From: a virus
Direction: 5' to 3' (one strand)
Virus record (IMG/VR): IMGVR_UViG_3300035698_004757
Coordinates: 1-64,000 of that record
DNA length: 64,000 nucleotides
Part shown: one piece after another, positions 37,394 to 47,021 of the stretch
Position numbering within the stretch: the first letter of the stretch is position 1
Layout: each line of letters begins with the position of its first letter
Notes under the pieces: model-generated
Databases searched by the model: none
Told to the model about the DNA's origin: nothing
Seen by the model: the letters and a program-made list of their open reading frames with translations, nothing else
Translations under genes and position numbers: made by a program

Positions 37394-40300
37394 TTGAGTT
37401 TTTCAGACGATGCAATTGGCTTCTTCCTTCAAATTGAGGACCAACTCTCCCCGGGTCTCGACACCGCTGTCGGTAACTACGAGTCGTACGTCAAGCAGAT
37501 TGATAAACTCAACCAGAAGGCGTACGCCAAGCACAACGCGATGTTTGGTGGCGTCGCGCAATTAGTGCATGACTTTGCGTCACTCCCGGCCGCTGCCGAG
37601 AAGGCGTACAAGAAAACGATACAGGTATTGCGGAAGAAGGTGGCACCTGTCCGGCAGCCCGTTGAGGTGACGATGACGTTCAAGGGTGAGCGGGCAATGG
37701 GGGCTGTGGTGTCGGAGGCAATCACCAAGTCGCTGCGCCGGTCTACGCTTCGCATGTCTGCGGTACCCCCGTTACGCAAGAGTCCATTCTTTGACACGTC
37801 ACAACCGCTGCGCCCGCGATACCGTGAGATGCCGCAACCGCCCGACCTGCGCGGCAAGTTTCAGAATCTACCTAAGTTCGCAGAGGGTGGTGAGGTGCTG
37901 GGGTCGAAGAAGGATATGGACAGCGTCCTTGCGTGGCTCACCCCCGGTGAGATTGTGTTGCCAGTGTCGATCGCGGCCCAGCTAAAAGGCGTGACTGGCC
38001 GGAAGAATCTACCCAAAGACCTCGCCAAGAGTATCGCCAACGTGCAGAACCTTGCGGCAGCGCTGCCCAGCTTGAAGCAGGCTGCCGATTTGGGACTCGA
38101 CCCGGCAGCCGCCGAACGCTACGCCAAGGGTATGACGCTGATCGAGACGAACATGACTGCGGTCAGTGAAGCGGCTGTGAAGATGGGGATGGACAGCAAG
38201 AGGAAAGTGCTGCCGATACTGAGCAAGTTGCACACACAGTACAAGTCCACCACCGACCAGCTTGAAGATATGGCGAAGGTGTCGAGCAAGGACGTACCGA
38301 AGGGTGCGAAGAAGGCGGAGGACGCAATAGAGAACCTCGGCGACTCGGCGGAGGACGCGGGCGCTGGGATCAGTAAAGTCTTCAAGGATATCTTTGGCAC
38401 TACCCGGTTTATTGCAATGAACAGGGCGCTGCGCGACACAGGCAACTTGGTGTCCAAGGTGTTCTCCAGCGCGTCCGAGACATTTAGTCGCGGGGAGGGC
38501 GACAAGGTGATGAGTTACGTGGAGGCGTTCAATAGCATGAATCAGTCGTTGGGCATCACGCGACCAGAGTTGCGCAAGTTTAAGAATGATATGTTTGAGG
38601 TGGTGGCCGCGACGGGTAGCGCCGGTAATATCACCAATTTCGCGAGTGCTGCTGCTGCGCTGGTGGACGCGGGCGTCCGTGACAAGGGTCGGCTGTTACG
38701 GACACACGCCGACATTGCTTTGATGGCGGATGCGTCTACGGCAGAGTTGGGTGGTCTGGCAGATATGTCTTATCGGTTGGGCGATGCCTACAAGTTTGCG
38801 GACGACGGGATAGGCAGTGTGTTTGCCAACATCCACCTGTCTTCAACAAAGGCCGCAGTTTCCGCGCAGGAACTGTCGGAGACTACGATGGACAGCGTGG
38901 CAAATATGCAGGCCGCCTTTGTGGCGTTGGCCGCGAGCGACGACGTTAAGGCGGCGAAGATGCTCACGAACCTCAATATGTTCCATGCAGCGGTTGCGGA
39001 TAACTGGGGCGGAGCAAAAGCGATTGTGGAGTTGGCGACCAAGGCGATTGGTCGGGATCAAGAGTCGATGATAAAGATGCAGCAGTTGACGGGTATGAGC
39101 GCGGACCAAGTGCAGCAAGCGTTTATTGACGGCGACCCGACGCAGATACTTTCGCGGGTTGCGTCGCAGATAGATCGGATTATGTCGTCGGATCGTTACT
39201 CAGACGGCGACAAAGCATTCCAGTTGAAGAACCTCAAAGAAGCGATGGGCGCGTCGGAGATGACGGATGTTGCGTTCATCAAGCTGGGGACTACTCTCGA
39301 TTCTGCCACTGCTAAGTACAACGAACTGACGGCAGGCACGATCGCGGCCGCAGACGCCACTGCTTATCTGCAACAAGGTGCGCTGAACACCAAGACGCTG
39401 TGGGAGCGCGCGTCAAGCATGTTCAACAAGTTTGCGGGGCAGGCTGGTTTGCTGGAAGTCATGGACTTCGTAAACGAGTTCAACCCGGCGCTGTTGCTGT
39501 CGGCGCTGTACCTCGGAAAGAATGTGGCGTGGGGGGCAGCGAAGATGGCTATTGGGTTGGCTAAGACGACGGGCGTTGGGGGTGTGGTTGTCGATATGTT
39601 CAAGAAGATGACGCACGGCGCGCTGAAACTCATCCCGGGTTTAGGGGGTGCAGCAAAGGCGGCGGAGGCCCATGCAGTTGCCACGACCGTGCAGTCAACG
39701 GCGGTGGCCGGGGGCACGAAAGCGGGCAAAGGGTTCGGCACCATGCTGGGCAACCTCGGCAAAGGTATCGGTAAGTTCATGTCGGGCATTGGTCGCGGTG
39801 CGGGCCAAGCTGTACATGGGTTCCTGTCGGGCGTTGCCGGTGGGCTACGTGCATTGGCCAACCCGTACGTGTTGGCGGGTGTGGGCGTGGCTGCGCTGAT
39901 TGGTGTGACGATAGCAGGCACCGCGTGGGGACTAGCACACGCCGCCCGGATCGCAGAGCCGGCGATACAAACATTGGTGGGCGGGGTCGTGGATGTCTTT
40001 GGTGTGCTGTCGGTGATGGAGCCGAGTCAGATACTCGCAACCACGTTGGCCATGCTGACACTAGGGCCGTCGCTGACCACGATTGGCGCAGGGGCAGCGT
40101 TGATGGGGCAGGGTATGTTGATTGCGGCACCGGGCATTGCAGTGTTCGCAGGGGCGATGCTGCTGCTGAGTCGCACAGGTGGTGGGAAAGGTGGAGGGAT
40201 TGGTGGGGCGATTGCGTCGTTGGCGGATACGTTCACGCTCGATCGCAAGGATGTGTCGCGTGTGGTGGAGGGTATGGCGTCGGTGCGGGTTGTCGTGACC

Positions 40301-42145
40301 CGGCTGGCCGTGACTACGCCGATGATGTTGGCGGCCGTGCCGCTGCTGGTTGCATTTGCAGTGGCCGATGTGGCGCTGGGGGCCGCACCGGTGCGTGGCG
40401 ATGGTGTGGTGGCGTTTGTTGACGCAGCGTCAAGCACGTTCGGGAAGATCGACAAGGCCAAGGCAGACAAAGCCGTGGTCGGCATGGATGTGGCAGGCGG
40501 CATGATGGTGCGCATGATGGGGTTGGACGCGATGTCGATGGGCCAGCGCATGTTGGGCCGTGTGGGTCAGGTGCAGGACATGTCCGATGCGGTGCTGGGG
40601 TGGTTTGGCGTCCAGTCCCCGATGCAGCGGATGGCTGATCAGGGCCGGGAGATTGCAGCCACAGCGGTGTCGTTGCAGGCCAGTTTTGCGCCGTTAGCAA
40701 ACGACAAGAAGAAGCTGGCAGACTCGGCCGAAGCGATTGACGTGATCGGTAAGTTCATCCACGGCTACGCAGCCGCCGCCAAGGGTATGCGAGGTGCAGC
40801 CCCGGGCATTGGGTCCAAGATGGCAGATGGGATCAGGGGTTGGTTCTACGGCGGTAATTCACCGATGCAGTCGTTGTACGCGATGGCCCCTGTGATGATC
40901 GACACAGCCAAAGGTATTTCAGACAAGTTCGCTGAGGTGGATCAGGCTACGTGGGACAGCATCGAAAGCGCGTCTAAGCCCCTCAAGTCAGTAAGCGAGA
41001 TGGTGGGTGGGTTTGCAGCCACGGCGGCTGCGATGCGAGATGCCTCACCCGGTGTGTTGACGTTTGTGGCTGAGGCGTTCCGGAGTATGTTCTACGGGGG
41101 TGACGATTCGCCCGCAGGTCGTTTGCTGGCGTCGTCCGGCGACATTGTGAAGCTGGGTACGAAACTGCCAGAGGCTTTAGCCCCGTTGGCAACGATGAAG
41201 CAGGGCGACATTGACGCGGCCACGCTGGGCCTAAAGCATGTCGGTGATTTGCTGGGGGGCATGCTCCCCGCGATGGAGTCGCTGAACAAAGCTGGTGACG
41301 TGGCGGACGATTTGACGGATGGGTGGGTGTTCAGTGGTGGTTTGACCAAGGTCACGGAGATGATGCCGGGCTTGGTGCAGGCTGCACGTGACATACAGGT
41401 GGCGCTGGGTCCGTTGGCGGCTATCCCACAAGAGGGCCGCGATCGGGCGATGGCTGCGCTGACGGGCACGAAGGACTTGACTACGAAGGTGGCAGAGGCG
41501 CTGCATGGTGCGGCGGTGCTAAGCATTGCGGTGGGCGAGCATGGGCCAGCTATCCGACGAGCCTCACGCACACGCGGGGACGTGATGGTTGAAGTCGCGT
41601 CGATCGTGACCGATGTTAAGGCGTTTGCTTCGCAGATCAACGTGCCCATTCCTGTGATCCTGCAACCGGAGGTGACTACGCAGGCGGTGTCCGATGTGAA
41701 GGTGCCCAAACCCGACGAGTTGGTGGATGTGCCCGCCCGCCCAGTTGTGGCGAGTACGGCGATGGCTGCGCTGAAACTTGACGCACCACCTGCGGGTGTG
41801 TTTGCATCGCCGATGGATGTACCAGTCCCGGTAACGCTGCGGCCAGAGGTGGCGATGGCGAACACAAGGATCAACACCCAAGTTGCCGCAGGCGACCTAG
41901 TGACTGATGCAGTGAAACCACTGTTGACCGAGACAGAGGTTAATCGGTTGATAACGTTGCAGATCGAAGCCAAGGCCACAGACGAAGCGGTCCGCGCCGA
42001 GTTGTTGGATATTAAGAGTTTGCTGTCACAGCAGCTTGAGGTGATGCGCCGACCCAGCGCACCCGCAGGCGCAAAAGTAACAGTCGCGTCCCGACCGGCG
42101 AGCGCTTCGGCGGCGCTGAACCATGTGGCCGGAGGGCATAATTGA
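37394..42145 (+). CDS. Tape measure protein
   Basis: 1583 aa, Ala/Gly-rich helical with hydrophobic central segments; SD GGAGG, TTG start; after tube and chaperone. Confidence 0.88.
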   Translation: MSFSDDAIGFFLQIEDQLSPGLDTAVGNYESYVKQIDKLNQKAYAKHNAMFGGVAQLVHDFASLPAAAEKAYKKTIQVLRKKVAPVRQPVEVTMTFKGERAMGAVVSEAITKSLRRSTLRMSAVPPLRKSPFFDTSQPLRPRYREMPQPPDLRGKFQNLPKFAEGGEVLGSKKDMDSVLAWLTPGEIVLPVSIAAQLKGVTGRKNLPKDLAKSIANVQNLAAALPSLKQAADLGLDPAAAERYAKGMTLIETNMTAVSEAAVKMGMDSKRKVLPILSKLHTQYKSTTDQLEDMAKVSSKDVPKGAKKAEDAIENLGDSAEDAGAGISKVFKDIFGTTRFIAMNRALRDTGNLVSKVFSSASETFSRGEGDKVMSYVEAFNSMNQSLGITRPELRKFKNDMFEVVAATGSAGNITNFASAAAALVDAGVRDKGRLLRTHADIALMADASTAELGGLADMSYRLGDAYKFADDGIGSVFANIHLSSTKAAVSAQELSETTMDSVANMQAAFVALAASDDVKAAKMLTNLNMFHAAVADNWGGAKAIVELATKAIGRDQESMIKMQQLTGMSADQVQQAFIDGDPTQILSRVASQIDRIMSSDRYSDGDKAFQLKNLKEAMGASEMTDVAFIKLGTTLDSATAKYNELTAGTIAAADATAYLQQGALNTKTLWERASSMFNKFAGQAGLLEVMDFVNEFNPALLLSALYLGKNVAWGAAKMAIGLAKTTGVGGVVVDMFKKMTHGALKLIPGLGGAAKAAEAHAVATTVQSTAVAGGTKAGKGFGTMLGNLGKGIGKFMSGIGRGAGQAVHGFLSGVAGGLRALANPYVLAGVGVAALIGVTIAGTAWGLAHAARIAEPAIQTLVGGVVDVFGVLSVMEPSQILATTLAMLTLGPSLTTIGAGAALMGQGMLIAAPGIAVFAGAMLLLSRTGGGKGGGIGGAIASLADTFTLDRKDVSRVVEGMASVRVVVTRLAVTTPMMLAAVPLLVAFAVADVALGAAPVRGDGVVAFVDAASSTFGKIDKAKADKAVVGMDVAGGMMVRMMGLDAMSMGQRMLGRVGQVQDMSDAVLGWFGVQSPMQRMADQGREIAATAVSLQASFAPLANDKKKLADSAEAIDVIGKFIHGYAAAAKGMRGAAPGIGSKMADGIRGWFYGGNSPMQSLYAMAPVMIDTAKGISDKFAEVDQATWDSIESASKPLKSVSEMVGGFAATAAAMRDASPGVLTFVAEAFRSMFYGGDDSPAGRLLASSGDIVKLGTKLPEALAPLATMKQGDIDAATLGLKHVGDLLGGMLPAMESLNKAGDVADDLTDGWVFSGGLTKVTEMMPGLVQAARDIQVALGPLAAIPQEGRDRAMAALTGTKDLTTKVAEALHGAAVLSIAVGEHGPAIRRASRTRGDVMVEVASIVTDVKAFASQINVPIPVILQPEVTTQAVSDVKVPKPDELVDVPARPVVASTAMAALKLDAPPAGVFASPMDVPVPVTLRPEVAMANTRINTQVAAGDLVTDAVKPLLTETEVNRLITLQIEAKATDEAVRAELLDIKSLLSQQLEVMRRPSAPAGAKVTVASRPASASAALNHVAGGHN
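40419..40433. repeat. 15-bp palindrome (copy 12, intragenic)
   Basis: Exact; encodes VDAASS. Confidence 0.9.
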
Positions 42146-42858
42146 TGAGTACCTTTTCCGAATCCATTGCAAAACCGCTGGGCGAAAGACTACGTGTCTT
42201 TGTGGACCCTAGCTGGCAGTACCTTGACGTGTGGAACCGCCACGCTCGCGGGTCCACAGGTGAAATCGGGGAGTCGCTATCGTTTGCGTTTATGGACCTT
42301 GAGGGTGGTATTAGCGAAGACGCCTCACCGAACTACGGCGATATTGATGTGACCGGCCGCGCGGAGGGGTACAAAACATGGGTCAATACCGCTAATCGCG
42401 AAGTGTCCATTACCTTCAAGTTGCGCGCACAAGAGGCTGGCCCGTCGCGGCGAGTGGTAGCACGGTTACTTGGTGCTTTGGCGTTCCGCGATGTAACTGA
42501 CACACAAGAGGCGTTGTTGCGGCAGGTCAAGATGCCCGCGATGTGGTTGGAATCACTCAAGTATCCGATCATGGGTGACGATGGGTTATCGCATGCACCA
42601 CCGCCGGTGTATCTGCAACTGGGCGCGTTGATGTTGATGCGGTCCGTGGTGACGGCAGCAAGTGTGACATGGGAAGAGCCATTTGATCCTGAGACGATGT
42701 TGCCACACGGCGCGTCGGTGCAAGCGACGTTCACGGCTGTGAGTACCGGTTATCACGGTGTTGAACTACGTGGCCCGAATCGTTTTCGTGGTGCCCGTGC
42801 AGCGCCAACTTCACGACCCGGCCGCCGCACTTTGACGCGGAGGGCGATCAGTGGTTGA
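42142..42858 (+). CDS. Tube-initiator/baseplate tube-like protein
   Basis: ISE....Y....V.GR.E....W.NT..R.V...F..L.SL.YP..PP.V.LQLG..VVT..SVTW. Confidence 0.7.
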   Translation: MMSTFSESIAKPLGERLRVFVDPSWQYLDVWNRHARGSTGEIGESLSFAFMDLEGGISEDASPNYGDIDVTGRAEGYKTWVNTANREVSITFKLRAQEAGPSRRVVARLLGALAFRDVTDTQEALLRQVKMPAMWLESLKYPIMGDDGLSHAPPPVYLQLGALMLMRSVVTAASVTWEEPFDPETMLPHGASVQATFTAVSTGYHGVELRGPNRFRGARAAPTSRPGRRTLTRRAISG

Positions 42859-43189
42859 CACCTTTACAGTTGCACCGAATGACCGTTACAAAGACACCGC
42901 TGCATTTACAGGACCGCGCGGACCTGAGTTTGCATTGCTTGTCGATCCCGATGAGTTGCAGGTTTTGCATCCGGACTACGTCACGCACCGGGTGACCGCC
43001 GACGAGGTGGGTATGTTGGACCGTGTGGCTGCGGCGTATTACGGACCCGGCAATGAAGATTTGTGGTGGTTCATTGCGCGGGCGAACAACATGGTGGACA
43101 TGGAAGTGGACATGGTGCCCGGGAAGGTGATCGTCATACCACCACGGGCGTTGATATTGGAGTTCTCGTCGAGGCGTGGCCGTGGTTGA
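42851..43189 (+). CDS. LysM-like baseplate protein (gp53/tail X-like)
   Basis: H.V...G.LD.VA..YYG...LWWFIA.AN...PG..I.IP. Confidence 0.8.
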   Translation: MVDTFTVAPNDRYKDTAAFTGPRGPEFALLVDPDELQVLHPDYVTHRVTADEVGMLDRVAAAYYGPGNEDLWWFIARANNMVDMEVDMVPGKVIVIPPRALILEFSSRRGRG

Positions 43190-44477
43190 TAGTTACGCAC
43201 CTTTCATTTTTGAGTTACGCATTCGGTTGGCGGACGGCACCGAAGAGGTCATACCTGCGCATGAGTTTTTTCAGTCGTTGACGATTGATGAGACTACGAA
43301 CGCCGCGTGGAAGGGGACGTTGACCCTGTTCGACAAATTGGACGGTAAGGGGTATCTGGCGGGCCTGATTTTTGCGACTGGGTACAACAGCCGACTGCGG
43401 ATGCGATGGAATTGGGATGTGCCGAGTGCAGGTCTGGCACGCGCGCCGATGTATGAGGCGAAGATTCTCAAGTTCCTACCCACGTTCAGCCATACCGGCG
43501 ACACGATCGTGTTGGAGTTCATGGCTGACGCCCCGGCGGTTGCCGTGTTGGATAAGCAGTCCCGGCAGGGTTGGGGGGGCGGAAAGAAGGCCAGTGAAAT
43601 TGTTGCGGAGATTGCAGCGTCCCGTGATTGGATTGTGACAGACGACGAAGGCAATTCGACAATCGACACAACTGATCCACCGTTGGAGCGCGCAATTAGT
43701 TACAGCGGTGAAAGCGACCTGCGACTGATCCGGGAGAAGTTGCTGCCGTACACTGTGAGCAGTGATGGTAGGCACTACGAGTTTTACTTTGACCGGAACA
43801 ATGTGTTGCACTTCCATCCGATCGACCACGGTAAGCGCGCTCGCGTCGCACAGCGTTCCTACACGAAGCTGCGAGACCCGATGGGCGAGGTGATTGAGTT
43901 CGCCCCGGAGGACGATGCGGTGTACAGCGCTTTGTGGGGTTCAGCGTCGGCTGAGTATGTGGCGGCGGACGCAGGCACGGGTGTGTTCACGCAAGAGACA
44001 ACAACAAGCACCAAGGGCGGGGAAGCCGATGCAATTACACACACGCCCGACGAAGGCTACGTGCATCCTGTTGCACCCGATGGCCAGCGGCAAGCCCGCA
44101 TCCCGTTGATGACGCGAGACCGCAATGAGATGGCCCGTATGGCGCAGGCGCGGTATAGCTGGGTGACCGCACACGCGGTGAAGGCGAAGCTGGTGGTGAA
44201 AGGCTCGCACGACCTGACCTTGTTAAGCGTGGTGAATATCGAGCATCTGACCGGTGCGGGGACGAAGCATTGGCTTGCCGGTTTGTACGAAGTGTTCAGT
44301 ATTCAACATGAGATGGGCGAGTCGGCGTGGCAGACAACATATACGCTGGGTCGCGGTGGTGTGGCAGCGAACGCGCCCGGAGCCGTGAAGAAGGAAGGCG
44401 CAGAGCGATCTATTGAGTTGGACCCGCAACCCCGGCGTGGTGTTAAATCACGGCAGACGACTACAACGACTGAGTAA
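43176..44477 (+). CDS. Baseplate hub protein (gp27/late control D-like)
   Basis: Position; GESD...I..L, YEFYFD....LHF, L.GLYEV..I.H.....W.T...L. Confidence 0.7.
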   Translation: MAVVDSYAPFIFELRIRLADGTEEVIPAHEFFQSLTIDETTNAAWKGTLTLFDKLDGKGYLAGLIFATGYNSRLRMRWNWDVPSAGLARAPMYEAKILKFLPTFSHTGDTIVLEFMADAPAVAVLDKQSRQGWGGGKKASEIVAEIAASRDWIVTDDEGNSTIDTTDPPLERAISYSGESDLRLIREKLLPYTVSSDGRHYEFYFDRNNVLHFHPIDHGKRARVAQRSYTKLRDPMGEVIEFAPEDDAVYSALWGSASAEYVAADAGTGVFTQETTTSTKGGEADAITHTPDEGYVHPVAPDGQRQARIPLMTRDRNEMARMAQARYSWVTAHAVKAKLVVKGSHDLTLLSVVNIEHLTGAGTKHWLAGLYEVFSIQHEMGESAWQTTYTLGRGGVAANAPGAVKKEGAERSIELDPQPRRGVKSRQTTTTTE

Positions 44478-44479
44478 CC

Positions 44480-45562
44480 ATGACTGAACTGACTCACAGC
44501 CCGCCGGGGATGCCGCACGCACAGCCATACGACGGTGTGTTTCGTGGCATTGTCGAAAGCGTGAACGACCCCGAGAAGCGAGGGCGCTATCGTGTCCGCG
44601 TTCGGGTGGCGCATGAAGATACAACCCCGGCGGACCATTTGCCGTGGGCAGAAATCTGCGGGTACGGCGGGCGAGGGTTCGGAGACGTGGCACATTATGA
44701 GATTGGCGACCGTGTGTGGGTGCAGTTCGAGGGTGGCATGACGCATTTGCCCGTTATCTTGGGTGGGTGGGTCAGCAACCGACATGGAATCCATGACCTG
44801 AACCCCGAGCAAACACTGGACTACGAAACTGACCGGCGGCGATGGCACCGGGTGGACCGCGCCAGCAATCTGATCGAGATGTCGGAGCGAGGGGATGAGT
44901 TGCACATCCGGCTCAAGAGTGGGAACTCGCAGCTTGTCATATCGCAGGTGGACGATTCGATCCGTGTGGACTGTGCAGGCAGCGTGAGGATTAACGCGGA
45001 GCAGGTGAATGTGACCGCCAAGCAGGCGTTCACGGTGGCTGAGGACATTGTGACGACCGCACACGGCACAGACGCAGAGGGTGTGGCTGACGGCCAGAAT
45101 AACATGTACGCGAGTGACGAAGCCCGTGTGGTGGCGGGACGGCGTGTTGACATTGGCCAGTACGAGGATGACACCCCCGGGAAGACCCCGCACCAGAGTG
45201 ATGAAGTGGTTGTGCAGCCGAGGCACGCGCAGGTGGGCGTGAAGGAAACGGGGAATCGCAAGCGCACGTTCACGGTGAACATCGAGGGTCACACGAAAGT
45301 GGACCTGACCTCAAACGGGGATGTCCACATTGGCGCGCCCCGCACACATATACAGGGCTACGAAAAGCTGGACCTTGATGGTAATTGGATCACGGTGACG
45401 GCAGGCAAGAAGCTGACGCTTAAAGCCCCTGAGATTGTGATCGAAGCTGCGCGGAAGTTGTCGATGTTGGCCCCGTACATCCGCAGGGTCACCGATTACT
45501 TGTGGCACTGGACCTACTTCACACGGTCGTACACACATAGCGGGAAGGGCACACGTATCTGA
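44480..45562 (+). CDS. Baseplate spike (gp5/VgrG OB-fold plus beta-helix)
   Basis: GIV..VNDPEKRGR.RVRV..LPWA..IGDRVWV.FEGG...PV..G. Confidence 0.85.
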   Translation: MTELTHSPPGMPHAQPYDGVFRGIVESVNDPEKRGRYRVRVRVAHEDTTPADHLPWAEICGYGGRGFGDVAHYEIGDRVWVQFEGGMTHLPVILGGWVSNRHGIHDLNPEQTLDYETDRRRWHRVDRASNLIEMSERGDELHIRLKSGNSQLVISQVDDSIRVDCAGSVRINAEQVNVTAKQAFTVAEDIVTTAHGTDAEGVADGQNNMYASDEARVVAGRRVDIGQYEDDTPGKTPHQSDEVVVQPRHAQVGVKETGNRKRTFTVNIEGHTKVDLTSNGDVHIGAPRTHIQGYEKLDLDGNWITVTAGKKLTLKAPEIVIEAARKLSMLAPYIRRVTDYLWHWTYFTRSYTHSGKGTRI

Positions 45563-46560
45563 TGGCGGACAAAGTCATACAAGGTGGTGTGGTGCTGGCC
45601 CCGGCGATGGGGGCGGGGATCGTGTCCGGAGAGGCTGCGTATGCTGACACAGCAGGTGTTAGTGCGCATGTGCAGGTCGGGTACAACGCGATGTTCATTA
45701 CCAGAGCCGGTGATGCGTTCAAGATTGTGCTTGGTAACTATGTTGCCGCGCACCATTACACGGGGATCGCAACCCGGGTGGAGAGCGAGGACCGAACGCA
45801 CGGGGCAATGAGACTACGCATTCAGATGGGCGGGAACATTGTGCCGTCGCACGGGCAAGTTGGGTCAGTGACCGGCGAGTCACAACACAGCAGCAAGACG
45901 CAGGGTGGTGTGACGATCGTGATGGAGAAGTTGCGGCAGATCAACGCGAGGACGGCTGAGATGGACAGCGCTCTATCCCTGTTGCTCCGAGACCCGACGA
46001 CGCAAGGTGCCACAGCCGCCGAAGACTTGAACAGTTTGGCTGCGGCAATGACACGGCCGGTGGGCGCACTGTCAGACTACGCAGACCTCGGGCCGCTGCG
46101 GCCGCTGGACACGGTGACCCAGTCGATCGAACTTACGTCGCCCGTATCAAGTGTGGTTTTCCGATCGTTGGACCCAAAGATACAGGCCCACCTTGACCGG
46201 CAGCAGGCGACTCGGGTTCTTAACGCCGTGGTGGGTGAGTTTCGCACACTGCTGCGAGGCAAGCCCAGTTGGCCGGTGGGCAAAGTGGCGTTGCAATATC
46301 TTGATGACTTGAAGCGGATTGGCTTGACGAATAAACGGATCAGCGATGCACGCACGCTGTCCACGACGGTGCAGGCCCAAAGTCCCGACGAGTATGCAAA
46401 CGGCCCGTACGCGGCGTTTGTGGTGTTGTCTGAGGGCGTGACGTTGAACGGGTATGTACCGACTAATCTGACCAGTGATGTGCAAGCAGTGATGGATGCT
46501 GCGATGACGTGTGAGCGTGTGGTGGATGAGTGGCGATTGAAAGTAACCGAACGGATGTAA
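45562..46560 (+). CDS. Hypothetical baseplate-region protein
   Basis: TGATG-coupled, 332 aa. Confidence 0.65.
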   Translation: MADKVIQGGVVLAPAMGAGIVSGEAAYADTAGVSAHVQVGYNAMFITRAGDAFKIVLGNYVAAHHYTGIATRVESEDRTHGAMRLRIQMGGNIVPSHGQVGSVTGESQHSSKTQGGVTIVMEKLRQINARTAEMDSALSLLLRDPTTQGATAAEDLNSLAAAMTRPVGALSDYADLGPLRPLDTVTQSIELTSPVSSVVFRSLDPKIQAHLDRQQATRVLNAVVGEFRTLLRGKPSWPVGKVALQYLDDLKRIGLTNKRISDARTLSTTVQAQSPDEYANGPYAAFVVLSEGVTLNGYVPTNLTSDVQAVMDAAMTCERVVDEWRLKVTERM

Positions 46561-46563
46561 CGA

Positions 46564-46578
46564 TTGACGCTGCGTCAA
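46564..46578. repeat. 15-bp palindrome (copy 13)
   Basis: TTGACGCTGCGTCAA; intergenic. Confidence 0.9.
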
Positions 46579-46604
46579 TTCCTTCGATCAGGTAGAATGA
46601 CCCC

Positions 46605-47021
46605 ATGCCGATAGCAGGACTACAACCAAAACAGAAATTGCGGGGCTTAACATACCCTGTGACGCGGTACCCGGGCGGGTACTGGGGTTCGAGCGGACCC
46701 GTAGATTGTGCGTGGGGCGACCTGTTGTCGGCGATTCTGACTCCCGTGGGGAGCCGCATCATGCAGCGTGAGTACGGGAGTGGTTTGCACCGCGTGTTGT
46801 TCGACCCGAACACCGTGGCGCAGGGAGCCGTCGTGCAAGAGATCATCTTTACCGCTGCGGAGCAATGGTGCCCGCACGTGGTGGTACATGAGGTGGGTGT
46901 GCAGCAGGAAGGCCGCACGATTCAGGTGGCTGTGTCGTTCAGTCTCGCGGACGACAACACAGAGCATACGCGCAGTTTCTCGACCGTGAACGCAGCAGCG
47001 CTGGGGGCACAACACGTATGA
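46605..47021 (+). CDS. Baseplate wedge gp25-like (sheath initiator)
   Basis: ILTPVGSRIM..EYGS.L...LFDP...I..A..QW.P.V.V. Confidence 0.85.
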   Translation: MPIAGLQPKQKLRGLTYPVTRYPGGYWGSSGPVDCAWGDLLSAILTPVGSRIMQREYGSGLHRVLFDPNTVAQGAVVQEIIFTAAEQWCPHVVVHEVGVQQEGRTIQVAVSFSLADDNTEHTRSFSTVNAAALGAQHV